In this document: positions 26,030 through 34,802 of the stretch, one piece after another
Numbering within the stretch: the first letter of the stretch is position 1
Layout: each line of letters starts with the position of its first letter
Assembly (NCBI GenBank): GCA_937893795.1
Contig: CALCTH010000409.1
Location: 1 to 61,330 of the forward strand
Length of the DNA stretch: 61,330 nucleotides
Reading direction: 5' to 3'
DNA from: an uncultured Myxococcales bacterium
Lineage (GTDB): Bacteria > Myxococcota_A > Polyangia > Polyangiales > Houyiibacteriaceae
Translations under genes and position numbers: made by a program
The notes under the pieces: generated by a model
What the model was told of the DNA's origin: nothing
What the model saw: the letters and a program-made list of their open reading frames with translations, nothing else
Database searches by the model: none

Positions 26030-28597
26030 TCATAGGAGCTCGGCGAACTCCCCCACAGCCGCGCCGGCGCAGCCGAGGGCGACCCACACGCGGCCGGGCT
26101 GGTCCGGGTCTCCGAGGAGGTCGACGGGGAGCTGCGGCCTGCCGGCGGGGAAGGGGCCGAGGAAGACCCAGCGCGGCGCGGCCGCGTCGGCGTCGGGGGA
26201 GGCCCAGACGCCCGGGACGCCGCCCACGTAGCCGGCGAGGAAGAGCACGGGGTAGCCGGAGCCGCCCGGCGCGGGCGCGCCAAAGCCGAAGCGTGCGACC
26301 TCGCCGACGCCCGGTAGAGCTTCCAGCGTCTCGCCCTCGTCGAGGGAGCGGTAGAGCTTCCCCGGGCCCTCGACGCCGTCGGGCGGCGTCGGGCCGGAGC
26401 CGAGCCAAAGATGCCCGGTCACCGGCGACCGGAGCGTGACCCCGCCCCGCCACTCCTCCGGCGCGGGCGGTAGGCCGGCATGGACGCGGCGCCATTGCAC
26501 GCCGCCGTCCTCGCTCCGCCAGATGCCCTGGAGCTCCGGGTCATCGGAGCTGCTGAAGAAGCTGAACGTGCCGATCGCCTCCGGGTCAGCGACGACCACA
26601 CGCCGGTGACGCTGGGCGCCCTCGTGGATTCCACGCACGCGCGCCTCGGTCCAGGGCACGCCGAGGTCCATCGGCGTCCAGGTGGCGCCGCGGTCCCTCG
26701 TGACGAGCGGTGCGCGCTCGACGCCCTCCTCGCTCCCCGCCGGCACGAGCACGATGGCGTCGCGCCCCGCGTAGGCGAGCGTCGTCCCCGGGGCGCGGTC
26801 GAAGGGGAGCGTACCTTCGAAGCGCGTCCAGCTCGCGCCGTCGTCGCCCGACCAGCCGGAGCGAGCCACCTCGCCGCGCCCGTCCGCGAAGACGCGGGCG
26901 AGGAAGCGCGGGTCCTCCGACGAGCGGTCGAGGCCCCAGCCCGAGACGTCGATGTCGAAGCCGTCGACGACTGTTGGGTAGCCCGCGCCGTCCCGCGGGA
27001 GCTGCGCGTAGCCGAGCTCCTCGAGCACGGCGTGCACGTGCGAGGAGCCGGGCGGGAGGACCATGGCGTTCATGCAGGCCTGCTCGAGGCCCACGGCGTG
27101 CGTATCGACGGCGAGGTCGCCCGGGATCGCGGCGAAGGCCGCGTCGAAGTCGACGGACGCCACGCCGCGTGGCTCGCCGGTCACCCACACGCGACGCGTG
27201 ACCGGGTCGAGCAGCCACCCCGTCGTTGCGGCGTCGGCGCCCGCGGGCGCGTCGTGCCAGGGGATGCCGTCGGCACTCCTGAAGCGCGTTCGACCGAGCT
27301 GCTCCTCCGACCACGTGGCGCCGCGGTCCGTGCTCCGCGTGAAGTTCAGGTTCTGCTGCCGTCCCACGAGGATGCGTTCGCCGTCCACCGCGAAGCGGAG
27401 GTTGTTCGCGCCCGGTACCGGGAGCTCCATCCAGCTGCCCTCTTCGTAGCGCCACAGGCCGTTCTCCGAGACGTAGTAGGCGCCCCGCGCATCGAAGGCC
27501 GCCATGGTCGCGCGGCGGTCCGGTCCCCCCGCCGAAATGTCCGCGAAGGTCGCGCCGCCGTCCGTGCTGCGGAAGTAATCCGAGCCGGTGGACACGATGA
27601 CCTCCGAGGTGCGCCCCTCGGTCACGGGTGAGCTCCGGTTGAAGGCGACGCCCGCGAAGCCCCGCGGGTTGCCGCGAGGGCGGGGGAGGCTCTCGACCTC
27701 CGCCCACGTCGCGCCGCCGTCGACCGTGCGCCAGAGCCCCTCCTCGTCGCCCAGGAGCACGTGGTCGGGCGTGCGCGGGTCGATGGCGCCGTGGTGCTGC
27801 TGCCGCGCCGTCGTGCCCCGGGCGGCGGCGAAGGAGCGCTCCACCAGCACCGCCTCGAAGCTCGCGCCGCCGTCCCGGGAGCGGAAGAACACTCCGCCCT
27901 CGAGAGCGTCGCCGGTGTCGTAGGCGACGTAGATCACGTCGCTGTCGGATGGCGCGACGAGGACCTCGTACACGCCCGCGCCGTTCCACGGGAGGCGATA
28001 GCGCTCAGGCAGGTGGGCCGGCACGAGCGGGACGAAGCGGCCCGTTTCGTCGTCGTAGCGGGTGGCGCCGCTCGTCGTGCTGCGGAAGACCTTCGTCCCG
28101 TCGGCCGCGACGTCGCCACCGCTCACGACGCCTCCGCCGCCGAAGCGCGCGAGCTGCCAGCGGACGAGCCGGAGCGTGTAGACGCAGCCGGCGACGGGCT
28201 CCCCCGCCGCGTCCTCGAAGGTGACGCGATAGCGCGTCGCGTCGGCGTCGCCGGCCGCCGCGACCACGTAGTCCGCCACGCCGCCGGTCCCTGCGGCGAC
28301 CGTCTCGGCCTCGCCACGTTCCCAGCGCCAGCGGGTGCCTTGCGATGCCGTGGCGCGGCTCGCGATGCGGCCGCCTTCGGCCACGATGGGCCGGCCATTG
28401 AAGGTCGCGTGGCTCACGCCGCAGGTCGGCAGGCCGACGTCGCCCGGCACGCCATCGTCCGGAATCGCTGCGTCGCTTCCTGCGTCCGCGGGCGCTGCCG
28501 AGTCCCCGCCGCACGCCAACGCGAGGAGCAGTATCAGCCAACCTCGGCGCCGCAGGGACGTCGCGAAATCGGGCTCCGGGCGCGGCACCGGCTCCAC
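26030..28597 (-). CDS. Lipoprotein with a BNR/Asp-box repeat beta-propeller (sialidase/GH74/sortilin-VPS10-like architecture)
   Basis: Lipobox 'LALACGGD'. There are eight Asp-boxes (S-x-D-x-G-x-T-W type): 'RSRDGGASFE', 'RTVDGGATWAE', 'RSTDGGATFAD', 'RSTDRGATWSE', 'SGDDGASWTR', 'TRDRGATWTP', 'RSEDGGVQWRR' and 'RSLDEGETLEA'. Confidence 0.8.
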   Translation of the reverse strand: MEPVPRPEPDFATSLRRRGWLILLLALACGGDSAAPADAGSDAAIPDDGVPGDVGLPTCGVSHATFNGRPIVAEGGRIASRATASQGTRWRWERGEAETVAAGTGGVADYVVAAAGDADATRYRVTFEDAAGEPVAGCVYTLRLVRWQLARFGGGGVVSGGDVAADGTKVFRSTTSGATRYDDETGRFVPLVPAHLPERYRLPWNGAGVYEVLVAPSDSDVIYVAYDTGDALEGGVFFRSRDGGASFEAVLVERSFAAARGTTARQQHHGAIDPRTPDHVLLGDEEGLWRTVDGGATWAEVESLPRPRGNPRGFAGVAFNRSSPVTEGRTSEVIVSTGSDYFRSTDGGATFADISAGGPDRRATMAAFDARGAYYVSENGLWRYEEGSWMELPVPGANNLRFAVDGERILVGRQQNLNFTRSTDRGATWSEEQLGRTRFRSADGIPWHDAPAGADAATTGWLLDPVTRRVWVTGEPRGVASVDFDAAFAAIPGDLAVDTHAVGLEQACMNAMVLPPGSSHVHAVLEELGYAQLPRDGAGYPTVVDGFDIDVSGWGLDRSSEDPRFLARVFADGRGEVARSGWSGDDGASWTRFEGTLPFDRAPGTTLAYAGRDAIVLVPAGSEEGVERAPLVTRDRGATWTPMDLGVPWTEARVRGIHEGAQRHRRVVVADPEAIGTFSFFSSSDDPELQGIWRSEDGGVQWRRVHAGLPPAPEEWRGGVTLRSPVTGHLWLGSGPTPPDGVEGPGKLYRSLDEGETLEALPGVGEVARFGFGAPAPGGSGYPVLFLAGYVGGVPGVWASPDADAAAPRWVFLGPFPAGRPQLPVDLLGDPDQPGRVWVALGCAGAAVGEFAELL

Positions 28598-28695
28598 TTT
28601 ACTTCAAGGCGACGCCTGCCTTCCCCTTCCTGCGTCGCGTAAAGGCGCCCCCGCCGTAACGGTAACGAGCGGTCTTCTGGCCGTAGCGTCATCGC

Positions 28696-30297
28696 GTGCG
28701 CGGCTTGATCGCCCTCCTTTGCTGCGGTGTCGTCGTCGCCTGCGACGGCGTCATCGGCGACCCCCTCGCGGGCCTCGGTGGGCCGCGCGACGTCGACGAT
28801 CCGCGCGCGGTGATCGACCCGGCCAGGCTTCAGGACCCGCGTTTCGAGGCGCGCATCTGGCGCCTCAGCCCCGATCAGTACGTGCGTGAGTCGCAGCGTC
28901 TCTTCGGGCCCGGCGTACCGGCCGTGGAGCTCCCGGGGTCGGCCAGCGAGGACGGGCTGACGAACATCGCCGGCAACGCCCGCATCGACGCGGGGAGCGC
29001 CGCCCGCTTCCGCGACGCGGCCTCCATGCTCGCCCGCTGGGTCGTGTCGGAGCGCGCCACGCGCTGCGCCGACTGGGGCTCGCCCGCGTGCCGGGATGCG
29101 CTGCTCGGCTGGCTCCCGGACGAGGCGTTCCGCCGTCCGGCGACCGACGAGGAACGAAGCACGCTACGAGCACTCTTCGACCAGCTCGAGACTGGCTACG
29201 ACTTCGATTTCGCCGTCGAGGGCGTCGTCCGGGCCGTGCTTCTCGCCCCGGAGTTCCTCTACCGTACGGAGCTCGGCGAGCCCGGCGCGACCGGCGAGGT
29301 CGTCACGCTGGTGGGTCACGAGATCGCGAGCTTGCTCGCCTTCGGCATCACGGATCGCGCGCCGGACGCGGAGCTGCTCGCCGACGCCGCCCGGCTTGGC
29401 GACCCCGACGTGCGCGAGGCCCAGGCGCGCCGGCTCATGGCCGGGTCGGCGCCGGTGTGGGAGCGCTTCTTCTGGGAGTGGCTCGAGATGGCCACGCTCG
29501 AGAGCCAGGGCCAGGAGGTCGGCCTCTCGGATGCGCTCGTCGGCCAGATTCGCGAGGAGTACGCGACCTTCGTCGAGGAGATCATCGTGCGCGACCGGGG
29601 CACGCTCCGCGACCTGCTCTCGACGACGCGCAGCTGGACCCGTCCCGAGCTCGCCGCCTACTACGGCGCCGACCACCCGGGCGAGGGGGTGGCCGCCATC
29701 GAGCTCGACGCCACGCAGCGCGCCGGCCTGCTCACGCGCGGGGTCTGGCTCGTGAGCCACGGCAAGCGCGGCCGCGCGAACGTGGTGCGCCGCGGCATGG
29801 GCCTCTACCGCGACGCCATGTGCAACGACGTCACGCCCATCGACATCGACCTCGAGGAGGCCCTCGTGGAGCTGGTGGGGGAGGACGCCACCGTGCGTGA
29901 GATCGTCGAGGCCCGCGGCAACGACCCCACCTGCGGGGGCTGTCACGAGATCGCCGACCCCGTCGGCCTCGTGTTCGAGAGCTTCTCGGGTGACGGGCGC
30001 TGGCAGACGGAGTACGCGGACGGGCTGCCCGTCGAGCCGCAGATCGACCTGGAGCTCGGCAGCTTCGACAACGCGGCCGAGTTCTCCGCGGCGCTGGCCG
30101 ACGACCCGGCCTTCAAGCACTGCATGATCCAGCGCTTCGCCCACTTCCTGATGGGCATCGACGTCGGCAGCCCGCGGGCCATCCGCTGGACCTACGACGC
30201 GCTGGTCGATTTCGACGCGGCCGAGGGCTCCTTCGAGGAGCTCCTCGTGTCCATCGTCCGCCATCCCGCCTTCGTGGAGCGGCGGAGGGAGCCCTGA
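28696..30297 (+). CDS. DUF1587/DUF1595/DUF1592/DUF1588/DUF1585-type protein with a single CxxCH motif
   Basis: 'IWRLSPDQYVRE', 'DEAFRRPATDEE', 'VLLAPEFLYRTE', 'RAGLLTRGVWLVSH...VVRRGMGLY' and 'CGGCHEIADPVGLVFESFSGDGRWQ' follow the order of these domains as I recall them. Lipobox-like 'VVACDG'. Confidence 0.7.
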   Translation: MRGLIALLCCGVVVACDGVIGDPLAGLGGPRDVDDPRAVIDPARLQDPRFEARIWRLSPDQYVRESQRLFGPGVPAVELPGSASEDGLTNIAGNARIDAGSAARFRDAASMLARWVVSERATRCADWGSPACRDALLGWLPDEAFRRPATDEERSTLRALFDQLETGYDFDFAVEGVVRAVLLAPEFLYRTELGEPGATGEVVTLVGHEIASLLAFGITDRAPDAELLADAARLGDPDVREAQARRLMAGSAPVWERFFWEWLEMATLESQGQEVGLSDALVGQIREEYATFVEEIIVRDRGTLRDLLSTTRSWTRPELAAYYGADHPGEGVAAIELDATQRAGLLTRGVWLVSHGKRGRANVVRRGMGLYRDAMCNDVTPIDIDLEEALVELVGEDATVREIVEARGNDPTCGGCHEIADPVGLVFESFSGDGRWQTEYADGLPVEPQIDLELGSFDNAAEFSAALADDPAFKHCMIQRFAHFLMGIDVGSPRAIRWTYDALVDFDAAEGSFEELLVSIVRHPAFVERRREP

Positions 30298-30299
30298 GC

Positions 30300-31763
30300 A
30301 TGGCGATCTCTCGGCGAGACTTCGCGCGCCTGCTGGGCGCCTCGGCCCTGGGGGCCGGCCTCGTACCCTCCTTTCGCCGCGCGGGCGCGCAGGGGGCCAC
30401 GGCGCCGGTGCGCTTCTTGGCCATCCGCACGCCGCACGGCACGGACCGCGACTACTGGATCCCGCGGAACCCCGACGGCTCCGAGCCCGACGCCGACGCG
30501 CCGCTGCGCGGGCTGATGTTCGCCTACGAGAACTCGATGCTCGACCCGCTCGCCCCGTGGGCGGACCAGGTCACGATCCTCGACGGCCTCGACACGCAGG
30601 TCGTGAAGGAAGGAACGCGCGGCGGGCTCCGCACGGCGCACGGGCACAACGAGCAAGGTACGTTGCTCACCGGGGCGCAGGCACCGGCCAACCGTGAAGG
30701 CTTCTTCGACGGCCACCCGTCGCTCGACTTTTTCCTGCATGGTCGGTTCGGCGCGCCGGCGCTCATCACGGCGAGCGTTCAGCCAACGGGCAGCTGGAAG
30801 TGCATGAGCTACGACGACGGCGGCCGGCCCCGCCCGCCCGAGCACGACCCGCGGAGCGTCTTCCGTGTGGTCTTCCCGAGCGACTTCGCGCCGCCGGACC
30901 CCGAGGAGCCGGTCGGCGACTTCACGGCGGGCGAGCAGGCCATCGACGCCTTCGGCGCGGCGCGCCTCGAGCGGCTTCGCGCGCGGCTCCGCGGCAGCGA
31001 GCGCGAGAAGATCGATGCGCACCTGGCGGCGATGAGCGCGCTGACCCCCGGCGGCGGCATGCCGCCCGGCACGACGGCTTCCTGCACGACGCGCGGTACG
31101 GACGTGCCGAGCCGCGACGGCCGCATCGACGATTGGAGCGAGGTCCGGGAGGTGACGCGCGTGCACGCGCAGGTCATCGCCCAGGCCTTCGCCTGCGGGC
31201 GCTCGCGCTGCGCGACGCTGCAGATCCTGAACGACTTCCCGAACTTCTATACGGACGTGCCTGGCGTCCGCACGTCGGGCATTCGCGCGCGCTACGGCGA
31301 CACCTTCCGCTTCCACGAGAACCTCGTGCACGACTACTGGTCCGCGCGCGGCTCCGAGCAGGAGACGCTGCGCGTGGGCTACGCGACGGGGCAGCGCTGG
31401 GCCGCGGGGCACTTCGCCGCGGTGCTCGAAGAGCTCGAGGCCATGCCGGACCCCTTCGACCCGGCGGGGGGCTCGATCCTCGATAATACCGTGGTGTTCT
31501 GGCACAACGAGTTCGGCCACGACGGGCACGACCGGCAGGAGACGCGACACCCGACCGTCATCGCCGGCGGCGGTGGTCGCGTGCTCCGGCTGGGTCGCTA
31601 CCTGCGGCTCCGGAACATCAACTCGAGCGAGCGCGTCCCGCACAACCGCCTGCTCGTGAGCCTCTGCCACGCGGTAGGCCTCACGGACATCGACCACTTC
31701 GGCGACCGCGACCTCGTGGACGACCCCGCCTACCGCGGCCCCCTCGCCCCCCTCATGGCCTGA
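30300..31763 (+). CDS. DUF1552-type protein with a twin-arginine signal
   Basis: 'MAISRRDFARLLGASALGAGL' is a Tat signal. 'LDNTVVFWHNEFGHDGHDRQETRHPTVIAGGGG' resembles the DUF1552 C-terminal region. It starts 2 nt after the upstream stop, and the pairing with a DUF1592/1588 gene is classical. Confidence 0.65.
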   Translation: MAISRRDFARLLGASALGAGLVPSFRRAGAQGATAPVRFLAIRTPHGTDRDYWIPRNPDGSEPDADAPLRGLMFAYENSMLDPLAPWADQVTILDGLDTQVVKEGTRGGLRTAHGHNEQGTLLTGAQAPANREGFFDGHPSLDFFLHGRFGAPALITASVQPTGSWKCMSYDDGGRPRPPEHDPRSVFRVVFPSDFAPPDPEEPVGDFTAGEQAIDAFGAARLERLRARLRGSEREKIDAHLAAMSALTPGGGMPPGTTASCTTRGTDVPSRDGRIDDWSEVREVTRVHAQVIAQAFACGRSRCATLQILNDFPNFYTDVPGVRTSGIRARYGDTFRFHENLVHDYWSARGSEQETLRVGYATGQRWAAGHFAAVLEELEAMPDPFDPAGGSILDNTVVFWHNEFGHDGHDRQETRHPTVIAGGGGRVLRLGRYLRLRNINSSERVPHNRLLVSLCHAVGLTDIDHFGDRDLVDDPAYRGPLAPLMA

Positions 31764-31808
31764 GCGCCAGGGAGACCGCCAGGGGACGGACCGTACCAAC
31801 GAAACCAA

Positions 31809-31841
31809 CGCGCCACGAAAGCCTAAGGATTTCGTGGCGCG
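31809..31841. terminator. Perfect 12-bp stem hairpin (CGCGCCACGAAA-N9-TTTCGTGGCGCG) between convergent genes
   Basis: Read directly. It lies between the DUF1552 stop (31763) and the OMP stop (31854). Confidence 0.6.
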
Positions 31842-31853
31842 CCGTCCCGCCGC

Positions 31854-32480
31854 TCAGAGCGCATAGCTGGCACCGATGTTCATCGCGAACTGATTGGCGG
31901 TGACATCGAAGTCGCCCTCGCCCTCCTCGCTGAAGATCTGGTGCCGGCGCCAGCCGGCCTCGACGAAGACGCCGATGCGCTCGCGGATGATCCACTGGCC
32001 GCCGGCGAGCAGGCCGAGGTTGAAGCCGAGGCCCGTGTCGTTGGTGCCCGTGAACACCTCGTCTTCCGAAGCGATGCTGATGCCGAAGGGCACGAGCGCG
32101 TAGGCCTCGAAGTTGCTCCGGCCCACCTTCACCAGCCAGCCCGTCTTGAAGAAGACGTCGAAATCGAAGACCGGCTGGCGGTCCGTCGAGGGGTCGAGCT
32201 CGAACGACCGAAGCTCGAAGAGCCCGCCGATGGCGAAGTTGTCGTTGAGCGGCGCCTGATAGCGCACGCCGAGCCCCACGCTCGGATCGAGGTCGACGTC
32301 GCCGCCGGGATCGTAGCTGGCATCGCCGCCGAACCCGAGCAGCAGGTAGGCGTTGAGCTGCTGCTGCGGCTCGGCGCGCTGCTGCGCGGCGGCCGGGGCG
32401 ACGGCGAGCAGGCCACCCGCCCACAGGAGCATGGCGAGCGCGCGGGTGACGATCGAGGTGTTGGGGATGCAGGCCTTCAT
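31854..32480 (-). CDS. Small outer-membrane beta-barrel protein (OmpW/OmpA-barrel-like)
   Basis: The start is trimmed to ATG 32480. Signal 'MKACIPNTSIVTRALAMLLWAGGLLAVAPAAAQ'. Alternating beta-strand pattern. The C-terminus 'FAMNIGASYAL' is aromatic/hydrophobic, typical of OMPs. Confidence 0.6.
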   Translation of the reverse strand: MKACIPNTSIVTRALAMLLWAGGLLAVAPAAAQQRAEPQQQLNAYLLLGFGGDASYDPGGDVDLDPSVGLGVRYQAPLNDNFAIGGLFELRSFELDPSTDRQPVFDFDVFFKTGWLVKVGRSNFEAYALVPFGISIASEDEVFTGTNDTGLGFNLGLLAGGQWIIRERIGVFVEAGWRRHQIFSEEGEGDFDVTANQFAMNIGASYAL

Positions 32481-32706
32481 GGCCTGCAAGGAGTGACGCA
32501 CGTCGGTGGCCGGGTCATGTGACGGGATACGTCCTGTGCGTTTCCCCGCCGTCGGTCGTCGCAGCGGCGGGCGGATGACACGGTAGCGGGCTTCGTGGGG
32601 TGCATGCGCGCGACGCACGATTCGCGCACCCGGACGGCTCGTTGGGTCTAGCCTGAGCGCACGGCTGCGTCCGGTGCGGTACGCTCGCGCCTGGGAAGGG
32701 GGGAAC

Positions 32707-33711
32707 ATGCTCCTGAGCGACGTGGAGACCGTCGAGGGGATCGGTCCGGCGTATGGCGAGGCGCTGCGGGCGCGGGGGATCGGATGCCCCCTCGACCTTC
32801 GGCTCTCGGCCGCGAAGTGGCCTCAGCTCATCGCGGACGGCGTCCCGGAGACGCTCCTGGCGCGCTGGGTCCGCATGGCCGACCTCTTCCGGGTCGCGGG
32901 CATGACGGCCGACATGGCCGAGTGCCTCGTGGACGCGGGCATCCACAACGTGGAGAAGCTCTCGGAAGCCGGCCTCCGCACGCTCGAGACGGCCCAGCGC
33001 CGGGCCGTCGAAGCGCGGCGCATGCCCGCGGAGCTCTCGCGCTACGCGCTCGCGGACCTCATCCGGGAGGCCTGGCGCGCACGGAGCAGCGCCCTCGCGC
33101 ACGGGTCGCTCGTCGATCCGACTGGCGCGCCCATCCCCGAGGCGGTCGTGGTGCTCGGCTTCCTGCGGGTGAAGCCGCGGGCGGCGGACGGGCGCTTCGT
33201 GCTGCCGAGCGTGCCCGTGCCCGACGCTCGCTACGCCGTCGAGCTCGGGACCACCCGTCTGATGCGCGGGAGGCTGCGCCTCGCCGCGGGCGCGCTGCAC
33301 GCCATGGGCAAGATCACCGCCAATCCCGCGCGCGCTGGCACCGAGCGCGTGGTCCGCGAGGGTCGCGGCTTTCGCTTTCCACCGCCTGCCTCCGGCACCG
33401 CGCGGGAGACGATCGAGCGCGAGAGCGTCGAGGAGGGTCGCTTCTTCGTCTACCGGAAGACGCTGGCCAGCGGGATCGTCCGCCTCCTCGCGCTCGATCG
33501 GACGCTTCGAGGGACGCGCATGGTGCTGCACCGCATGGATGTCCCGCCGGAGGAGCTCGACGGCGAGCCTCTCGGCCGCGACAGCATCTTCCTCTTCACC
33601 GGCGGCAAGCTCTTGCGCCAGCCGCTGACGCGCCGGGAGTTCGAGGAGCAGCGCTTCCGGGGCACGCTCGGCTTCCAGCCGCCCGACGCGGGAGCGCACC
33701 CCGATGCCTGA
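32707..33711 (+). CDS. DUF4332 (helix-hairpin-helix)-like N-terminal domain protein with an unknown C-terminal two-thirds
   Basis: ATG 32707 is preceded by GGAAGGGGGG (SD-like). 'LSDVETVEGIGPAYGEALRARGI' and 'LFRVAGMTADMAECLVDAGIHNVEKL' are HhH-type repeats as in DUF4332. A short 'GSLVDPTGAPIPEAVVV...DGRFVLPSVP' segment is carboxypeptidase-regulatory-like. Confidence 0.5.
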   Translation: MLLSDVETVEGIGPAYGEALRARGIGCPLDLRLSAAKWPQLIADGVPETLLARWVRMADLFRVAGMTADMAECLVDAGIHNVEKLSEAGLRTLETAQRRAVEARRMPAELSRYALADLIREAWRARSSALAHGSLVDPTGAPIPEAVVVLGFLRVKPRAADGRFVLPSVPVPDARYAVELGTTRLMRGRLRLAAGALHAMGKITANPARAGTERVVREGRGFRFPPPASGTARETIERESVEEGRFFVYRKTLASGIVRLLALDRTLRGTRMVLHRMDVPPEELDGEPLGRDSIFLFTGGKLLRQPLTRREFEEQRFRGTLGFQPPDAGAHPDA

Positions 33712-34327
33712 CGGGCTCTACTACTTCGAGGCGACGTCCGAGGCGTGCGAGCGCTGTCAGCTCCACGAGGGCTTCCACCCGACGGATGCGCTCGCCCACG
33801 ACCTGTGTCGCTGCACGTCGACGGCGGTGAAGCTCGACGACACGAAGAAGAAGAAGGGCAAGGACTGCGTCGAGGTCTTCTTCAACATGAACGTCGACGA
33901 CGGGACGACCATCGAGCGCTTCGAGAACCATCATGACGACGCGGGCTGCCACGGGGGGTTCGGCGACCACGACATCGAGCGCGAGTACACGTACACGGTC
34001 GACCCCGATGCCGAGCTGACGGACGACGGGCGCTTCGTGCTCGACTTCGAGGGGTGGTCGACGGACTTCCCGACGCAGGCCAGCGCGCGCTACAGCGTCC
34101 CGCGCTTCCACGAGTGCGAGTTCCTCGTCGCTGCCCAGCTGCAGGTGCTCACCATCACGGCCGTGGTCTTCGAGCGATGCACGCTCCCCGACGGGAGCTT
34201 CGACTACACCTTCCTGCGCGTCGTCGACGAGACGGTGACCTTCGTGCTGGGCGTCGAGGTCTTCGACCGCGCGTGCTGGGACTGCGGAAGCGAGCGGCCG
34301 CGTCCATCGCTCCCGCCCTGGCCCTGA
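33704..34327 (+). CDS. Hypothetical Cys/His-rich protein (207 aa)
   Basis: The start overlaps the upstream stop by 8 nt (ATGCCTGA). The N-terminus reads 'CERCQLHEGFHPTDALAHDLCRC' (C-x2-C ... H-x2-C-x-C). A Lys tract 'DDTKKKKGKD' and a second 'CWDC' near the C-terminus follow. I recognise no family. Confidence 0.55.
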   Translation: MPDGLYYFEATSEACERCQLHEGFHPTDALAHDLCRCTSTAVKLDDTKKKKGKDCVEVFFNMNVDDGTTIERFENHHDDAGCHGGFGDHDIEREYTYTVDPDAELTDDGRFVLDFEGWSTDFPTQASARYSVPRFHECEFLVAAQLQVLTITAVVFERCTLPDGSFDYTFLRVVDETVTFVLGVEVFDRACWDCGSERPRPSLPPWP

Positions 34328-34391
34328 CGCCAAGGCGGAGCCTCGCGGCGGCAGCGGGTCTCGCGAGCGAGCGCGGCATCAGCGCAGTGGC

Positions 34392-34802
34392 CTACCGCAT
34401 GCGGTCACGCTCGCAGGCGATCCACTCGCCGAGCAGCAGTCGCTCGTCCGGGCTCGGGCCGCCGCCCGGCGGCATGGCGTCGTTGTCGTCCGCAGCGCGC
34501 TGATAGATCGCCTCGAGGCGCTGGAGCACGGCGGCCTCGTCGTCGAAGTTCACGCCGGTCGGCGCGCCGGCCCGCGCCTCGAGGCCCTCGAGACCGCTGC
34601 CGTGGCAGCCGGTGCACCAGTTGCGGACGAAGGGCTCGCCGAAGGTCTCCCAGTCGAGGGTGCTTTCCTCGGGGCACACGCGCAGCGAGAACGTGCGGGG
34701 CTCGCCGCGCGGGCCCGCCGGACCGGCGCCCTCCGCGGCGCAGCCCACCGCCAGCAAGAGCATCAGCGCCCCGGTACGGCATACGGCAGGTGTACTAGCC
34801 AT
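34392..34802 (-). CDS. Small lipoprotein with a PSCyt1-like mono-haem cytochrome c motif
   Basis: Lipobox 'LAVGCAAE'. 'WCTGCHGSGLEGLEARAGAPTGVNFD...NDAMPPGGGPSPDERLLLGEWI' follows the 'CxxCH...GL.L....MPP.....L..WI' pattern of Planctomycete cytochrome C domains as I recall it. The start overlaps the DUF1501 stop by 8 nt. Confidence 0.6.
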   Translation of the reverse strand: MASTPAVCRTGALMLLLAVGCAAEGAGPAGPRGEPRTFSLRVCPEESTLDWETFGEPFVRNWCTGCHGSGLEGLEARAGAPTGVNFDDEAAVLQRLEAIYQRAADDNDAMPPGGGPSPDERLLLGEWIACERDRMR

